From Microcoleus sp. (GTDB lineage: Bacteria > Cyanobacteriota > Cyanobacteriia > Cyanobacteriales > Microcoleaceae), in NCBI GenBank assembly GCA_052279835.1, contig CP181291.1, positions 1,312,001 through 1,376,000 of the forward strand: a stretch of 64,000 bases of DNA, in the 5' to 3' direction. Below are positions 1 through 8,857 of this stretch, piece after piece. The number at the start of each line of letters is the position of its first letter. Positions within the stretch are counted from its first letter, which is position 1. The notes under the pieces are model-generated. The model ran no database searches, was not told the DNA's origin, and saw only the letters and a program-made list of their open reading frames with translations. The position numbers were made by a program, and so were the translations under genes.

Positions 1-769
1 ACTGCGGTAAACAAAGTTCTGGGGGGCGCTGAGTGCAAACTGGATCGCGATCGTCGGGCCCTTGCAAGATATCATACAGCGTCGCAATATCCCGGAGCGA
101 TCGCCCAAAGGGCCCGACACAATCCAAACTGCTAGAAAACAAATAAGCGCCAGCCCTTGACAAACGGCCGTAAGTAGGCTTAAGCCCAAAAACACCGCAC
201 AAAGCAGCGGGCACGCGGATGGAACCGTTAGTATCCGAGCCCAAAGTAAAGGGCACCAAACCCGCAGCCACCGCCGCAGCGGAACCGCCACTGGAACCGC
301 CAGCAATCCGCGCAGTATCGTGGGGATTGCGCGTGGGCCCGTAGTGGCTGTTTTCGGTGACAAAACCGTAGGCGTACTCATCCATGTTGAGAGTACCTAG
401 GAGTACCGCACCCGCTTGTCTGAGTCTAGCTACCGCCGCGGCGTCACGGGTAGCTGGAGGATTGTCAGCATTGATTTTTGAGCCTGCTAGGGTGGTAATT
501 CCGCCGATGTCGAAGAGGTTTTTGACGGCGAAGGGTACACCTGCTAAAGGGCCTGGGTTTTCGTTATTTGCGATCGCACTATCTATTTTTTCAGCATCCG
601 CAAGCGCGCGATCGGCCATCACATTAGTAAAACAGTTAAAAGTTCGATCGGCAACAGCAATCCGTTCCAAAGCCGCGTTTACCGAAGCTGTAGCCGTAAT
701 CTTACCGCTTTTAACCGCTGCTGCCGTAGCAACCGCATCCGCCTTATCTAAAAAAACATCTGCATTCAT
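1..769 (-). CDS. atzE: AtzE-family amidase (amidase signature), runs off the window start
   Basis: Manual translation from ATG at 769: MNADVFLDKADAVATAAAV...GVPFAVKNLFD...NMDEYAYGFVTENSHYG...GGSSGGSAAAVAAG...GSDTNGSIRVPAA. Not in the ORF track because it is truncated. Confidence 0.9.
   Translation of the reverse strand, partial: MNADVFLDKADAVATAAAVKSGKITATASVNAALERIAVADRTFNCFTNVMADRALADAEKIDSAIANNENPGPLAGVPFAVKNLFDIGGITTLAGSKINADNPPATRDAAAVARLRQAGAVLLGTLNMDEYAYGFVTENSHYGPTRNPHDTARIAGGSSGGSAAAVAAGLVPFTLGSDTNGSIRVPAALCGVFGLKPTYGRLSRAGAYLFSSSLDCVGPFGRSLRDIATLYDILQGPDDRDPVCTQRPPELCLPQ
97..104. repeat. HIP1 octamer GCGATCGC (example; frequent across most of the window)
   Basis: Copies at 97, 570 and many other sites. 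Confidence 0.95.
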
Positions 770-783
770 CTGCGGTTAAAAAT

Positions 784-960
784 TTAAGGTTCAAACACCG
801 ATGCTGCTTCTATTTCTGGAGGTAAAGGGAATTCTGTAACGAGTTGGGCAATTTCCACTATCCTCTCGAAGTTTACCACAACACCGGGCCGATGTTCTGG
901 GTCTAAGGGCAAGTTTATCAGTTCGGCAGTGCGATCGACATATTCTTCTATATTTGTCAT
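784..960 (-). CDS. AtzG/HpxX-like small protein (DUF4089), 58 aa
   Basis: Manual translation MTNIEEYVDRTAELINLPLDPEHRPGVVVNFERIVEIAQLVTEFPLPPEIEAASVFEP; lies directly upstream of the amidase, as is typical. Confidence 0.85.
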   Translation of the reverse strand: MTNIEEYVDRTAELINLPLDPEHRPGVVVNFERIVEIAQLVTEFPLPPEIEAASVFEP

Positions 961-1019
961 TTTTTTCTTGCTAGCGTTGAAGTGCGATCGATTATTGTAT
1001 TCTAAGGGCGATCGGGCTA

Positions 1020-1481
1020 TTAGTTATTTTCGAGCAGTTTTTTGTATTCCTCGGATTGTCTGATATCATCTAGAGGCGATTTTTGTTCTGGTGGTTCATC
1101 AGGACAAAACTTTATACATACCTGTGTTTTCCAAGACTGCAAAGTTTGATTAAGTTCTATTTGAAGCTTTCCTTTTTGCCAACCCTTAGAACCTATTTTG
1201 AGAATTTGACAATCAATTCCTTCTTGAGGCGATTTCCAGTTTATATCCCCTCCCATAATTTGTGTTTCTTCGTTAATCGACAGATATTGTATCCATTGAA
1301 TTATCGACTTCTCACGTTTGTTAGTTTCTGCTACATAAGTCTGAATCATTATCTTGTTAAACTTACTGGAGGCTAGCTCTTTAAATCGGCGCACCGTAAA
1401 AGTAGCTTGACCCAATAACAAAACATCATCATCGCCGTCTAGTGTCTCATAGTTTCTATTGATTTCAACTTTTTAGTCCAT
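1020..1481 (-). pseudogene. KGK-domain protein with an in-frame stop at codon 3 (or translated from a downstream start)
   Basis: GWQKGKL and FCPDEP...SPLDDIRQ motifs; ATG at 1481 reads MD*KVEINRNYETLDGDDDVLLLGQATF in frame with ORF 1020..1421. Confidence 0.6.
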
Positions 1482-1577
1482 TTTATTTCACAAATTTCTG
1501 CTTTATATTTGATACCATTTCAAGCTATCTGAGTCAAGCTAGTTAACAAAACAAATTGACTCTCGCACTTTCCCAAC

Positions 1578-2030
1578 TCAAACACTGACAGTTTCCCGCA
1601 ACTTCTCAACAGCCACATCCAGCGGAGGCAAATCAAAATCCTCAGCATCCATCAATTCCTTAACCTTCTCAAAAATCTCAACCTTCACCTCTTCCTGGTC
1701 GGTTAGCTTATCATAAAAATAAGGGTCAGTAAACCACTGCTCAAACGCTATCATTAACAAACCATTAGGCGAAAGTTCAAACCGCCAATACTTAGAAATT
1801 CTGCTGTCAACCACTTCAAACATCGGTGCCGGATTATGGATGGGATAATAGCTGTAATTATCATTGCAGATATAGTACCAAATAGTCCCTTTCCATTCTC
1901 GGATAGCATAAACAACATATTCCTTGCCTATAGTTAGTGGTAACTCAACTTTTTTAGTGTAACCGCGTGGCGGATCTATATATTCTTCAGGGATAGATTC
2001 ACCAGTCTTAGCAATACAGCGAATTTTCAT
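1578..2030 (-). CDS. Hypothetical protein, 150 aa
   Basis: Clean ATG ORF, acidic and aromatic-rich, co-oriented with neighbours. Confidence 0.75.
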   Translation of the reverse strand: MKIRCIAKTGESIPEEYIDPPRGYTKKVELPLTIGKEYVVYAIREWKGTIWYYICNDNYSYYPIHNPAPMFEVVDSRISKYWRFELSPNGLLMIAFEQWFTDPYFYDKLTDQEEVKVEIFEKVKELMDAEDFDLPPLDVAVEKLRETVSV

Positions 2031-2089
2031 AACTTGATTAGCTACAGATTTTTAGGGGCTGTTTCGCGAGCGTACAAATGCCCAATGCC

Positions 2090-3025
2090 CTATACCATCC
2101 ACTGTCTGAGGCGATCGCATAAAGGACTCTCAGAATGCAGCCAAACCACATCATCAGTCGTGTTTCCTACTTGCGCCTTAGACAATTTTAGCCGATCGCC
2201 AAAACCATGCCGTTGCACCTCCAAATTAAAACCTTCATAGCCAAAACCACCCATAACAGAAAAAAGTTCTGCCACACTAGAACCAGCCCGTTCCAGATGA
2301 CTTCCTACAACTTCTGTCAACACCCCAGGGCGAAATTTTTGCAGCGTTTGAGAGAAACCTTTAATCACATTCACCTCAAACCCCTCCACATCAATTTTAA
2401 TAAAAGTAGCACCAGGAAGATTGTCAGGCAACATCTCATCTCCGCGATACACTGGTACTCGATACTGATTAGAAATCAAACAGCGATCTTTTGCCGGAAG
2501 TTCAGCAAAAGTACCCAAACCAGTAACATCTGTAGGCACTGTCAGTGTTAGTTCAGTTTCCTCGTCAGAAAGGCCACACTGGTGCAGAAAAACTTGCTGC
2601 AATTCATTATCTGTTACCGCAGCTTGTAATTGTTGAAATGCCAGAGGATTTGGTTCAAAAGCGTGTACGCATCCCGCTGTTCTTGTATGATACGCAGCCA
2701 AAAGAGTAATCATACCTGTATTCGCGCCGGCATCAATAAAACTGTCCCCAGGCTGTACAGAATTTTGGATTAAAAGTTGTGTGGGCAAATCATAATAACG
2801 ACCTAAAAAATAGCTCATGCGATCGTTCCACTTGGAAAGATCCATCGCCATCCGATAACCGTGTAACTTCCCTCGCATCTCGCGTATAGGAGCATTTTTC
2901 CACAAATCGTCCTGGTATAGCCCGATCAGATTCATCAGTTTTCCCCATCCAGGGAGTTCTAATCGCGTATAGGGTAAAATCAAAAGAGAATACAGTGGAT
3001 AATTCATATAAAATCCTCTCTTCAT
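2090..3025 (-). CDS. FkbM-family SAM-dependent methyltransferase
   Basis: FIDAGANTG, VHAFEPNP and FIKIDVEGFE motifs; start may be 3007. Confidence 0.9.
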   Translation of the reverse strand: MKRGFYMNYPLYSLLILPYTRLELPGWGKLMNLIGLYQDDLWKNAPIREMRGKLHGYRMAMDLSKWNDRMSYFLGRYYDLPTQLLIQNSVQPGDSFIDAGANTGMITLLAAYHTRTAGCVHAFEPNPLAFQQLQAAVTDNELQQVFLHQCGLSDEETELTLTVPTDVTGLGTFAELPAKDRCLISNQYRVPVYRGDEMLPDNLPGATFIKIDVEGFEVNVIKGFSQTLQKFRPGVLTEVVGSHLERAGSSVAELFSVMGGFGYEGFNLEVQRHGFGDRLKLSKAQVGNTTDDVVWLHSESPLCDRLRQWMV

Positions 3026-3026
3026 T

Positions 3027-3135
3027 GGAATGATTAAACTCTCTCTTCTCTGCCTTCGCGTACTACCCTACGGGAACCCCTGCGGGGAACGCGCCTTCGC
3101 GGTTAAATCATTCAGATACAACCGGAATTGATATC
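3027..3135. mobile_element. MITE-like repeat copy (left end eroded) with a nested ~30-bp insertion
   Basis: Ends GCGGTTAAATCATTCAGATACAACCGGAATTGATAT, matching copies at 47981-48086 and 52931-53060. Confidence 0.7.
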
Positions 3136-3229
3136 ATAGATATTAAACCTCCCCAAAACATTCAAAATCCTGAAACAGCTAGCTCAAAGCTATTTGAGAT
3201 AATAGCACAGCCACAGCATATTTTTTGAC

Positions 3230-3724
3230 TCAACAGATAATTTCAAAATCCAGCTTGTGACTTTTAACAAAATCATAGCTAAAATGGTCAACTATATTAG
3301 TATCGATCAATTCCAGATTATAAAAATCAATAAAATCCCCCTCAAAATACGGCCCCGCGTGCCAAGTTCCCACTTCCAACTTAATAAAACAATTACCAGG
3401 AATCTGAAAAGCAGCTAGCTCCTCCAAACTAGGTCGATCGCCCTTGCAAGGAGGTGCCACAGCAATCAACCAATCCTTCCCTTCCAGAGAACCCAAACAC
3501 TGCGTACATTCAACGTGTCGCGTAATTTTACGAAACTTGCGACCTGGATTTTGCAGTCGCATAATATAGAATCTAGGAATGCCATTTTGCAAATTCAACA
3601 GAGCATCCTCAGCATCAAAAGACTTACCATCAAAACTCGCAGAAATAACTTGACCATAACTGCGAAAATTCTCCGGAGTCACCCATTGTGCAAACAACTG
3701 CTTAGTCGAAATTGATTCGCTCAT
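3230..3724 (-). CDS. Ureidoglycolate lyase/hydrolase family protein
   Basis: TPENFRSYGQVI, ITRHVECTQCLGSL, GTWHAGPYF; likely start MSESIS at 3724. Confidence 0.8.
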   Translation of the reverse strand: MSESISTKQLFAQWVTPENFRSYGQVISASFDGKSFDAEDALLNLQNGIPRFYIMRLQNPGRKFRKITRHVECTQCLGSLEGKDWLIAVAPPCKGDRPSLEELAAFQIPGNCFIKLEVGTWHAGPYFEGDFIDFYNLELIDTNIVDHFSYDFVKSHKLDFEIIC

Positions 3725-3840
3725 AAATCCCAACATCCCCTCACTCATTTCATCAACAATATAATACAAATACCCCTCCCTCCCTTCTTTCTCTGTGTCC
3801 TCTGCGCCCTCTGCGGTTAAAGAAAAAAATCTAAATCACT

Positions 3841-5472
3841 TTATCCATCCCCCAAAAAACCCTTACCCTCAAACTCAGCACACCGCTGCAAAAACCGAGC
3901 CGGAATATCAGGCCTCGCCCCCCAATGCAAGTGCAAATAAGAAGCATGAACTCCATTAACTCCCCAACCTTCACCAACCTGCTCAACTTCACCGCGCTTG
4001 CCATATCTCCAACTATGATAAACTGGGTCACTCGGTTCCACAGTCAAGTGCGATCGATGAAACTCATGCCCGCAAACTAGATCTCCCGAAATTAACACCG
4101 AACTATCTCTCACCGCCACAGTTTCTCGATATCCCAAAGTCAAACGCTTTCCCATCTCAGCAGTAGACGGCAACACTCCCACCCCTTCCCAAGAATTGCC
4201 ATCAAAGTCTACAATGGAATCGCACAAATACATCAACCCCCCACATTCGGCATAAGTCGGCATTCCCGCAACGATCGCACTTTTTACCGCCTCTCGAATC
4301 ACCAAATTATCGCTCAATTCCTGCGCAAAAACTTCAGGAAAACCGCCCCCAAAATATAACCCTTGAATATCATCAGGAAATACAGCATCATCAAGGGGGC
4401 TCCAAAAGACCAACTCGGCACCCAACTGGGCCAATAAATCCAGATTGTCCTGATAGTAAAAATTAAAAGCCCGATCGCGCGCCACCGCAATCCTCACTCC
4501 AAATTGTTTTCCCAAACTATTGACATCATCATTTTTTTTAGTTATTATTGAGTAAGGGACTTTGTGTCTATCCAAAAGTTGCTCAGACCCCTCACCCCCC
4601 TCATCAGAAGTACCAGCCAGCATTGGCAAAAGTTTTTCCCAGTCAAAAGCCACAGCAGCCAAATCAGCCAACTTGTCGATCGCAGCGTGAAGATTGGGCA
4701 ACTCCTCAGCAGGAATCAGACCTAAATGGCGATCGGGAATAGTCACAGCCTCATCCCGTCGCAGCACCCCCAAAACAGGTAAATTCAGCGGTTTTAGGGC
4801 ATCTTGAAGTAATTCTAAATGTCGATCGCTCGCCACCCGATTCAATACTAAACCAGCAAAATTCAGGTTTTTGTCCAAAGAGCGAAAACCGTGGGCGATC
4901 GCAGCTACAGAGCCCGAAAGTCTACTGCAATCTATCACCAACAATACCGGCAAATTCAGCAAAGAAGCAACATGAGCCGTAGAAGCAAAGGAAAAATCAT
5001 AATTGAACTCTTCTTCCCCCCAAGGCGGGGATAGGGGGGGGTTATTATTACCCCCTTGGGGGGAGTTGTTCTTCTCCTCTGGGTGGGGGTTCTTCCCCTC
5101 TTGGAGGGGCTTTTTCTTCCCCCCTTGGGGGGGGTAGGGGGGGGTTGACTTTTCGGATGTGTAGGGCGGCGCTGACTTATTACTTCGACTCACTCCATCA
5201 AATAAACCCATTACCCCTTCAACCAAGGCAAAATCGACATCTTGAATATGGCGATAAAAACACTCCTGCACGTAAGATTCAGAGGTTAATATCGCGTCTA
5301 AATTCCGACAGGGGCGGCCGGTGACAAAAGCATGAAACATTGGGTCAATGTAATCCGGGCCTACCTTAAAAGATTGGACATTCAAGCCGCGGCGGATTAA
5401 ATAAGCTAAAAGGGCGATCGTTACAGTAGTCTTCCCGGCACCACTGCGTTCGCCCGCAATTACTAAAGCCAT
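3841..5472 (-). CDS. cobB: Cobyrinate a,c-diamide synthase with a repeat-derived insertion
   Basis: SGAGKTTVT, FKVGPDYIDP, EGVMGLFDG, AECGGLMYL, GHEFH, SYLHLHW. Confidence 0.95.
   Translation of the reverse strand: MALVIAGERSGAGKTTVTIALLAYLIRRGLNVQSFKVGPDYIDPMFHAFVTGRPCRNLDAILTSESYVQECFYRHIQDVDFALVEGVMGLFDGVSRSNKSAPPYTSEKSTPPYPPQGGKKKPLQEGKNPHPEEKNNSPQGGNNNPPLSPPWGEEEFNYDFSFASTAHVASLLNLPVLLVIDCSRLSGSVAAIAHGFRSLDKNLNFAGLVLNRVASDRHLELLQDALKPLNLPVLGVLRRDEAVTIPDRHLGLIPAEELPNLHAAIDKLADLAAVAFDWEKLLPMLAGTSDEGGEGSEQLLDRHKVPYSIITKKNDDVNSLGKQFGVRIAVARDRAFNFYYQDNLDLLAQLGAELVFWSPLDDAVFPDDIQGLYFGGGFPEVFAQELSDNLVIREAVKSAIVAGMPTYAECGGLMYLCDSIVDFDGNSWEGVGVLPSTAEMGKRLTLGYRETVAVRDSSVLISGDLVCGHEFHRSHLTVEPSDPVYHSWRYGKRGEVEQVGEGWGVNGVHASYLHLHWGARPDIPARFLQRCAEFEGKGFLGDG
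5014..5145. repeat. Cluster of C-run/G-run palindromic repeats inside cobB
   Basis: TTCCCCCCTTGGGGGGGGTAGGGGGGGG and degenerate copies; near-identical unit at 52981-53010, related unit at about 54115-54147. Confidence 0.8.
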
Positions 5473-5539
5473 AACCCTAGATTAATCATAAAAAATACTG
5501 ACAATTGATAATCGATCAAATTCTGATATCTAATTCATC

Positions 5540-5680
5540 TCTCTTTTCTCTCTCTGCGTTCTCTGTGTTCTCTGCGGTTTAATTATTTCTATGCAATCAT
5601 AATCCATCTGAGGATTGCCCATCGAATAATATCTATTTTAATGAACCGCGAAGACGCGAAGAGCGCGAAGGAAGAAAAGA
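5540..5680. repeat. Two opposed copies of the CTCTGCG/CTTCGCG-GGTT dispersed repeat
   Basis: CTCTGCGTTCTCTGTGTTCTCTGCGGTT and AACCGCGAAGACGCGAAGAGCGCGAAG; the family also occurs near 3791, 48030 and 53015. Confidence 0.7.
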
Positions 5681-5753
5681 GCAGAAAAGTAGGGCAGACG
5701 TTGCCTGCCCCACTGAATCTTAACTAATACATTGCCCGTTGCCGAACTTGTTT

Positions 5754-7118
5754 TTACCGCTTAGCTAATTTCAGCAATTGAGCTGTCACTGCCAAGCTTT
5801 CTTCGTAAAGCACGTCGCGCCCCCAACTCTGCAAGTGCTGGCCAAGCAACTGTTCCGTCACTTGATCGAACAGGGGTGTCACCTGGTTAAATCGATCGGT
5901 TTGAGCGCCACCATGAGTTTCCATCCGCATACAGCCACCGGTTTCGGAACACAGCACCGTACCGCAGTCAGCATTCGGGTTAGTAGAATTCAAGCGCAAA
6001 GCAATCAAATCCCCAGGGACATCACCCGTATCCGCAGTCGGAATCGCAGCCAACTCTGCCTCCACAACCCGTCCCTCAGCACCTGCGAACTGAATCCGCT
6101 TGATTTTGTAGTCACCATCCTCTTGTTTATAAGCCACAGGATGCCACTGAAGTCGGCTGGCTAGCCAACCCAAATACATCAGGGCTTGAGTCGAATTATC
6201 TTGTTCGTAATCGATTGTCACCCTATCGATTTCCCGAATTGCCGCGCGACGTTCCGGTGGATCGAAAGCCTCAGCGGCCAATTCCTGCCACGGAGCCAAC
6301 CTGCGCCAATTGAGATCTGCGATGGGAATTCCGTCTTCAATCAGGCTTTGCATCAACAGCAATTCGGCTTCGGGTTCGGCAAAGCAACTCGAATCGATAA
6401 TTACAGAGCTACTGGTGGCTGCCAATTTTTGGAAAAAATGTCTATCGGCATCGGGCGTTGCCTTCCACCACAATAATTTCGGCAAATCCGCAATCATCAG
6501 TGCTGTCACCACACCGCTCACCCGTTCCAGAGCAGCTTCGGTACCCCGCAGCGTAATGTACTCACAGCAGACCAAATTGCCAGTACCACCCTTGTGAACC
6601 GGACAATAAGCAGCGACTTGAGCCTGTACGCCCGTATCTTCTCCCAGCATCGGGCACAGAGCAATAATCCGGCAGGGATTAGCAGCGACTATCGCGTCAG
6701 CTACAGCGGAACCTCCTGAACCGAAACCCGTTGGACCTAACTTGCTGCCATTGGAATTTTTACGGGCTACTTCTTCCCGCAAAGTGGCGAGCAATTCAGC
6801 ATTAGGTTTACCTGTTCTTGGCAAGCCGTAGGCTTTTTGAGCAGCTCTGATGCTAGATGCGGTCATCGGCCCGGTGATGCCATCAATGGGCCCGTCGTAA
6901 AAGCCCAGATCGGCTAATAGCTGCTGAGTTTCTTCGGGTTCGTAGACTACAAACGTAAATGTTGTCGCTCTAGTCGCGATCGGAAAATCGCCGTTTGACC
7001 CCGATTCTCTGTAACTTTCCCAAATTTTAGCTAATTCGGCTTCTATTTGGTCGATCGAAACATCTTTAGGAGTTTGTAGCGAAACTAGAGGCGGAGCTTT
7101 CAGCGGTGTCATAGTCAT
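5754..7118 (-). CDS. opcA: Glucose-6-phosphate dehydrogenase assembly protein OpcA
   Basis: RATTFTFVVYEPEETQQLL, NPCRIIALCP, DLNWRRLAPWQE; immediately downstream of zwf. Confidence 0.95.
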   Translation of the reverse strand: MTMTPLKAPPLVSLQTPKDVSIDQIEAELAKIWESYRESGSNGDFPIATRATTFTFVVYEPEETQQLLADLGFYDGPIDGITGPMTASSIRAAQKAYGLPRTGKPNAELLATLREEVARKNSNGSKLGPTGFGSGGSAVADAIVAANPCRIIALCPMLGEDTGVQAQVAAYCPVHKGGTGNLVCCEYITLRGTEAALERVSGVVTALMIADLPKLLWWKATPDADRHFFQKLAATSSSVIIDSSCFAEPEAELLLMQSLIEDGIPIADLNWRRLAPWQELAAEAFDPPERRAAIREIDRVTIDYEQDNSTQALMYLGWLASRLQWHPVAYKQEDGDYKIKRIQFAGAEGRVVEAELAAIPTADTGDVPGDLIALRLNSTNPNADCGTVLCSETGGCMRMETHGGAQTDRFNQVTPLFDQVTEQLLGQHLQSWGRDVLYEESLAVTAQLLKLAKR

Positions 7119-7141
7119 CGGTTTTTTCTCCTTTTTTATTT

Positions 7142-7275
7142 GTCATTAGTCATTAGTCATTAGTCATTAGTCATTAGTCATTAGTTAGCAGTTCTTAGTT
7201 AGCAGTTCTTAGCTAATCGCTAATGACTGGTGCTGACCAATAAACTAATGACTAATGACTGCTGACTAATGACTA
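7142..7275. repeat. STRR heptamer tandem repeats (GTCATTA)n with inverted copies
   Basis: About six tandem GTCATTA, then CTAATGA copies at 7245-7272. Confidence 0.9.
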
Positions 7276-8805
7276 TTACAGTCTGCGCCACTTACGGCCG
7301 TCTCGATTAATTAGCAATTCTGCCTCGGCGGGTTCCCAGGTACCTGCTTCATACTGAGGCACCAGGGCGGGATCGCTCGGTGCTTCCCACGCCATGAGTG
7401 CTGGTGTGACAACCCGCCAAGCTTCTTCTACTTCATCAGAACGGGTGAACAAAGTTTGGTCGCCCAACATACAGTCAATCAAAAGTCGATCGTAAGCGTC
7501 CGAGGAAGTCACCCCAAAGGAAGAACCATAACTGAAATCCATATCCACCGTCCGCGTTCTTAAATCAGGTCCTGGCATTTTCGCCTCAAACCTCAGTGAA
7601 ATCCCCTCATTGGGATGCACGCGCATCGTCAACACGTTAGGAGTCGTTTGTTGAGCGGCAGACTGAAAAATTAACAGTGGCACTTCGCGGAACTGAATCG
7701 CTATTTCGCTGACTTTTTTGGGCAATCGCTTCCCGGTGCGTAGGTAAAAAGGCACTCCCTGCCAGCGCCAGTTGTCGATCGCAAACTTCATCGCCACAAA
7801 AGTAGGCGTCATCGAGTTAGGATTGACTCCTGGTTCGGTGCGGTATCCGGGCACTGGCTTGCCTTTCATCCACCCGGCGGAATACTGTCCGCGAATTGCA
7901 GAATTCTCTAAGTTATGCAAGTCAGCTAAGCGTGTTGCTTGCAAAACTTTCATCTTTTCGGTGCGGATGCTGTCAGCGTCTAGGGAGTTTGGCGGTTCCA
8001 TCGCTGTCAGACAAAAAATCTGCATCAAATGGTTTTGCAGCATATCCCGTAAAGCCCCAGAGGATTCGTAGTAACCGGCTCGGTCTTCTACCCCTACTGT
8101 TTCTGCCACTGTAATTTGTACGTGATCGACAAATTGGCGGTTCCACAGTGGCTCGAAAATTGCATTCGCAAACCGGAACACCATCAGATTTTGAACAGTT
8201 TCTTTACCCAAATAGTGGTCAATTCGGTACACTTGCTGTTCTTGACAAACCTGCTGCACTACTCGATTGAGAGCTTTTGCCGAACTTAAATCGCGGCCGA
8301 AGGGTTTTTCAATTACTAAGCGGTGCTTCAGGGGGTCTGTGAGCATTTTGGCTGCCCCCAGTTGCCGAATTGCTTCGGGAAAGAAGTTGGGGGAAACAGA
8401 AAGATAAAATATATGGTTGCCGCGGGTTCTCCTTTGTTGGTCAAGTTCCCCTAAAAAAGCTTTAAGTTTTTGATAGCTTTCGGGGTTATCAATATCGCCT
8501 GGACAGTAGAACAAACCTTGAGCAAAATCTTGCCAAAATTCTTCATTGGCAATGCCACCACCAAATTCTTCAACGCCTTCCCGCATTTGCTCTCGGAAGT
8601 AATCGTGACTCCAAGGGCGGCGTGCCACTCCCACCACGGTAGTTTCTGGTGGCAGGCGTCGATCGCGCTTCATCTGATAGATTGCTGGTACGAGTTTGCG
8701 CTGCGTCAGATCCCCGGAAGCTCCGAAGATTACCAGAATTTGCGGTTCTGGCACTCGTTCTTTTCGCAAACCTATCCGCAACGGGTTTTCAAGAATTGTG
8801 ACCAT
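7276..8805 (-). CDS. zwf: Glucose-6-phosphate 1-dehydrogenase
   Basis: [34 protein letters not shown]. Confidence 0.98.
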   Translation of the reverse strand: MVTILENPLRIGLRKERVPEPQILVIFGASGDLTQRKLVPAIYQMKRDRRLPPETTVVGVARRPWSHDYFREQMREGVEEFGGGIANEEFWQDFAQGLFYCPGDIDNPESYQKLKAFLGELDQQRRTRGNHIFYLSVSPNFFPEAIRQLGAAKMLTDPLKHRLVIEKPFGRDLSSAKALNRVVQQVCQEQQVYRIDHYLGKETVQNLMVFRFANAIFEPLWNRQFVDHVQITVAETVGVEDRAGYYESSGALRDMLQNHLMQIFCLTAMEPPNSLDADSIRTEKMKVLQATRLADLHNLENSAIRGQYSAGWMKGKPVPGYRTEPGVNPNSMTPTFVAMKFAIDNWRWQGVPFYLRTGKRLPKKVSEIAIQFREVPLLIFQSAAQQTTPNVLTMRVHPNEGISLRFEAKMPGPDLRTRTVDMDFSYGSSFGVTSSDAYDRLLIDCMLGDQTLFTRSDEVEEAWRVVTPALMAWEAPSDPALVPQYEAGTWEPAEAELLINRDGRKWRRL

Positions 8806-8857
8806 TTTCTATTTTGCTCCTTCTAAAGCTGACAGCCGCGCTAATACGGCTTGATAA

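Noticed and set aside
384..779. Plus-strand 131-aa ORF and the many other short antisense ORFs in the track
   Set aside because: Shadows of well-supported genes on the opposite strand; no motifs
4995..5190. Intein in CobB
   Set aside because: Too short, low complexity, no C-terminal His-Asn or splicing blocks
6770..6930. Peptidoglycan-binding-like segment in OpcA
   Set aside because: A usual feature of cyanobacterial OpcA
7142..7275. Heptamer tracts as CRISPR or a novel repeat
   Set aside because: Ordinary cyanobacterial STRRs with no spacers
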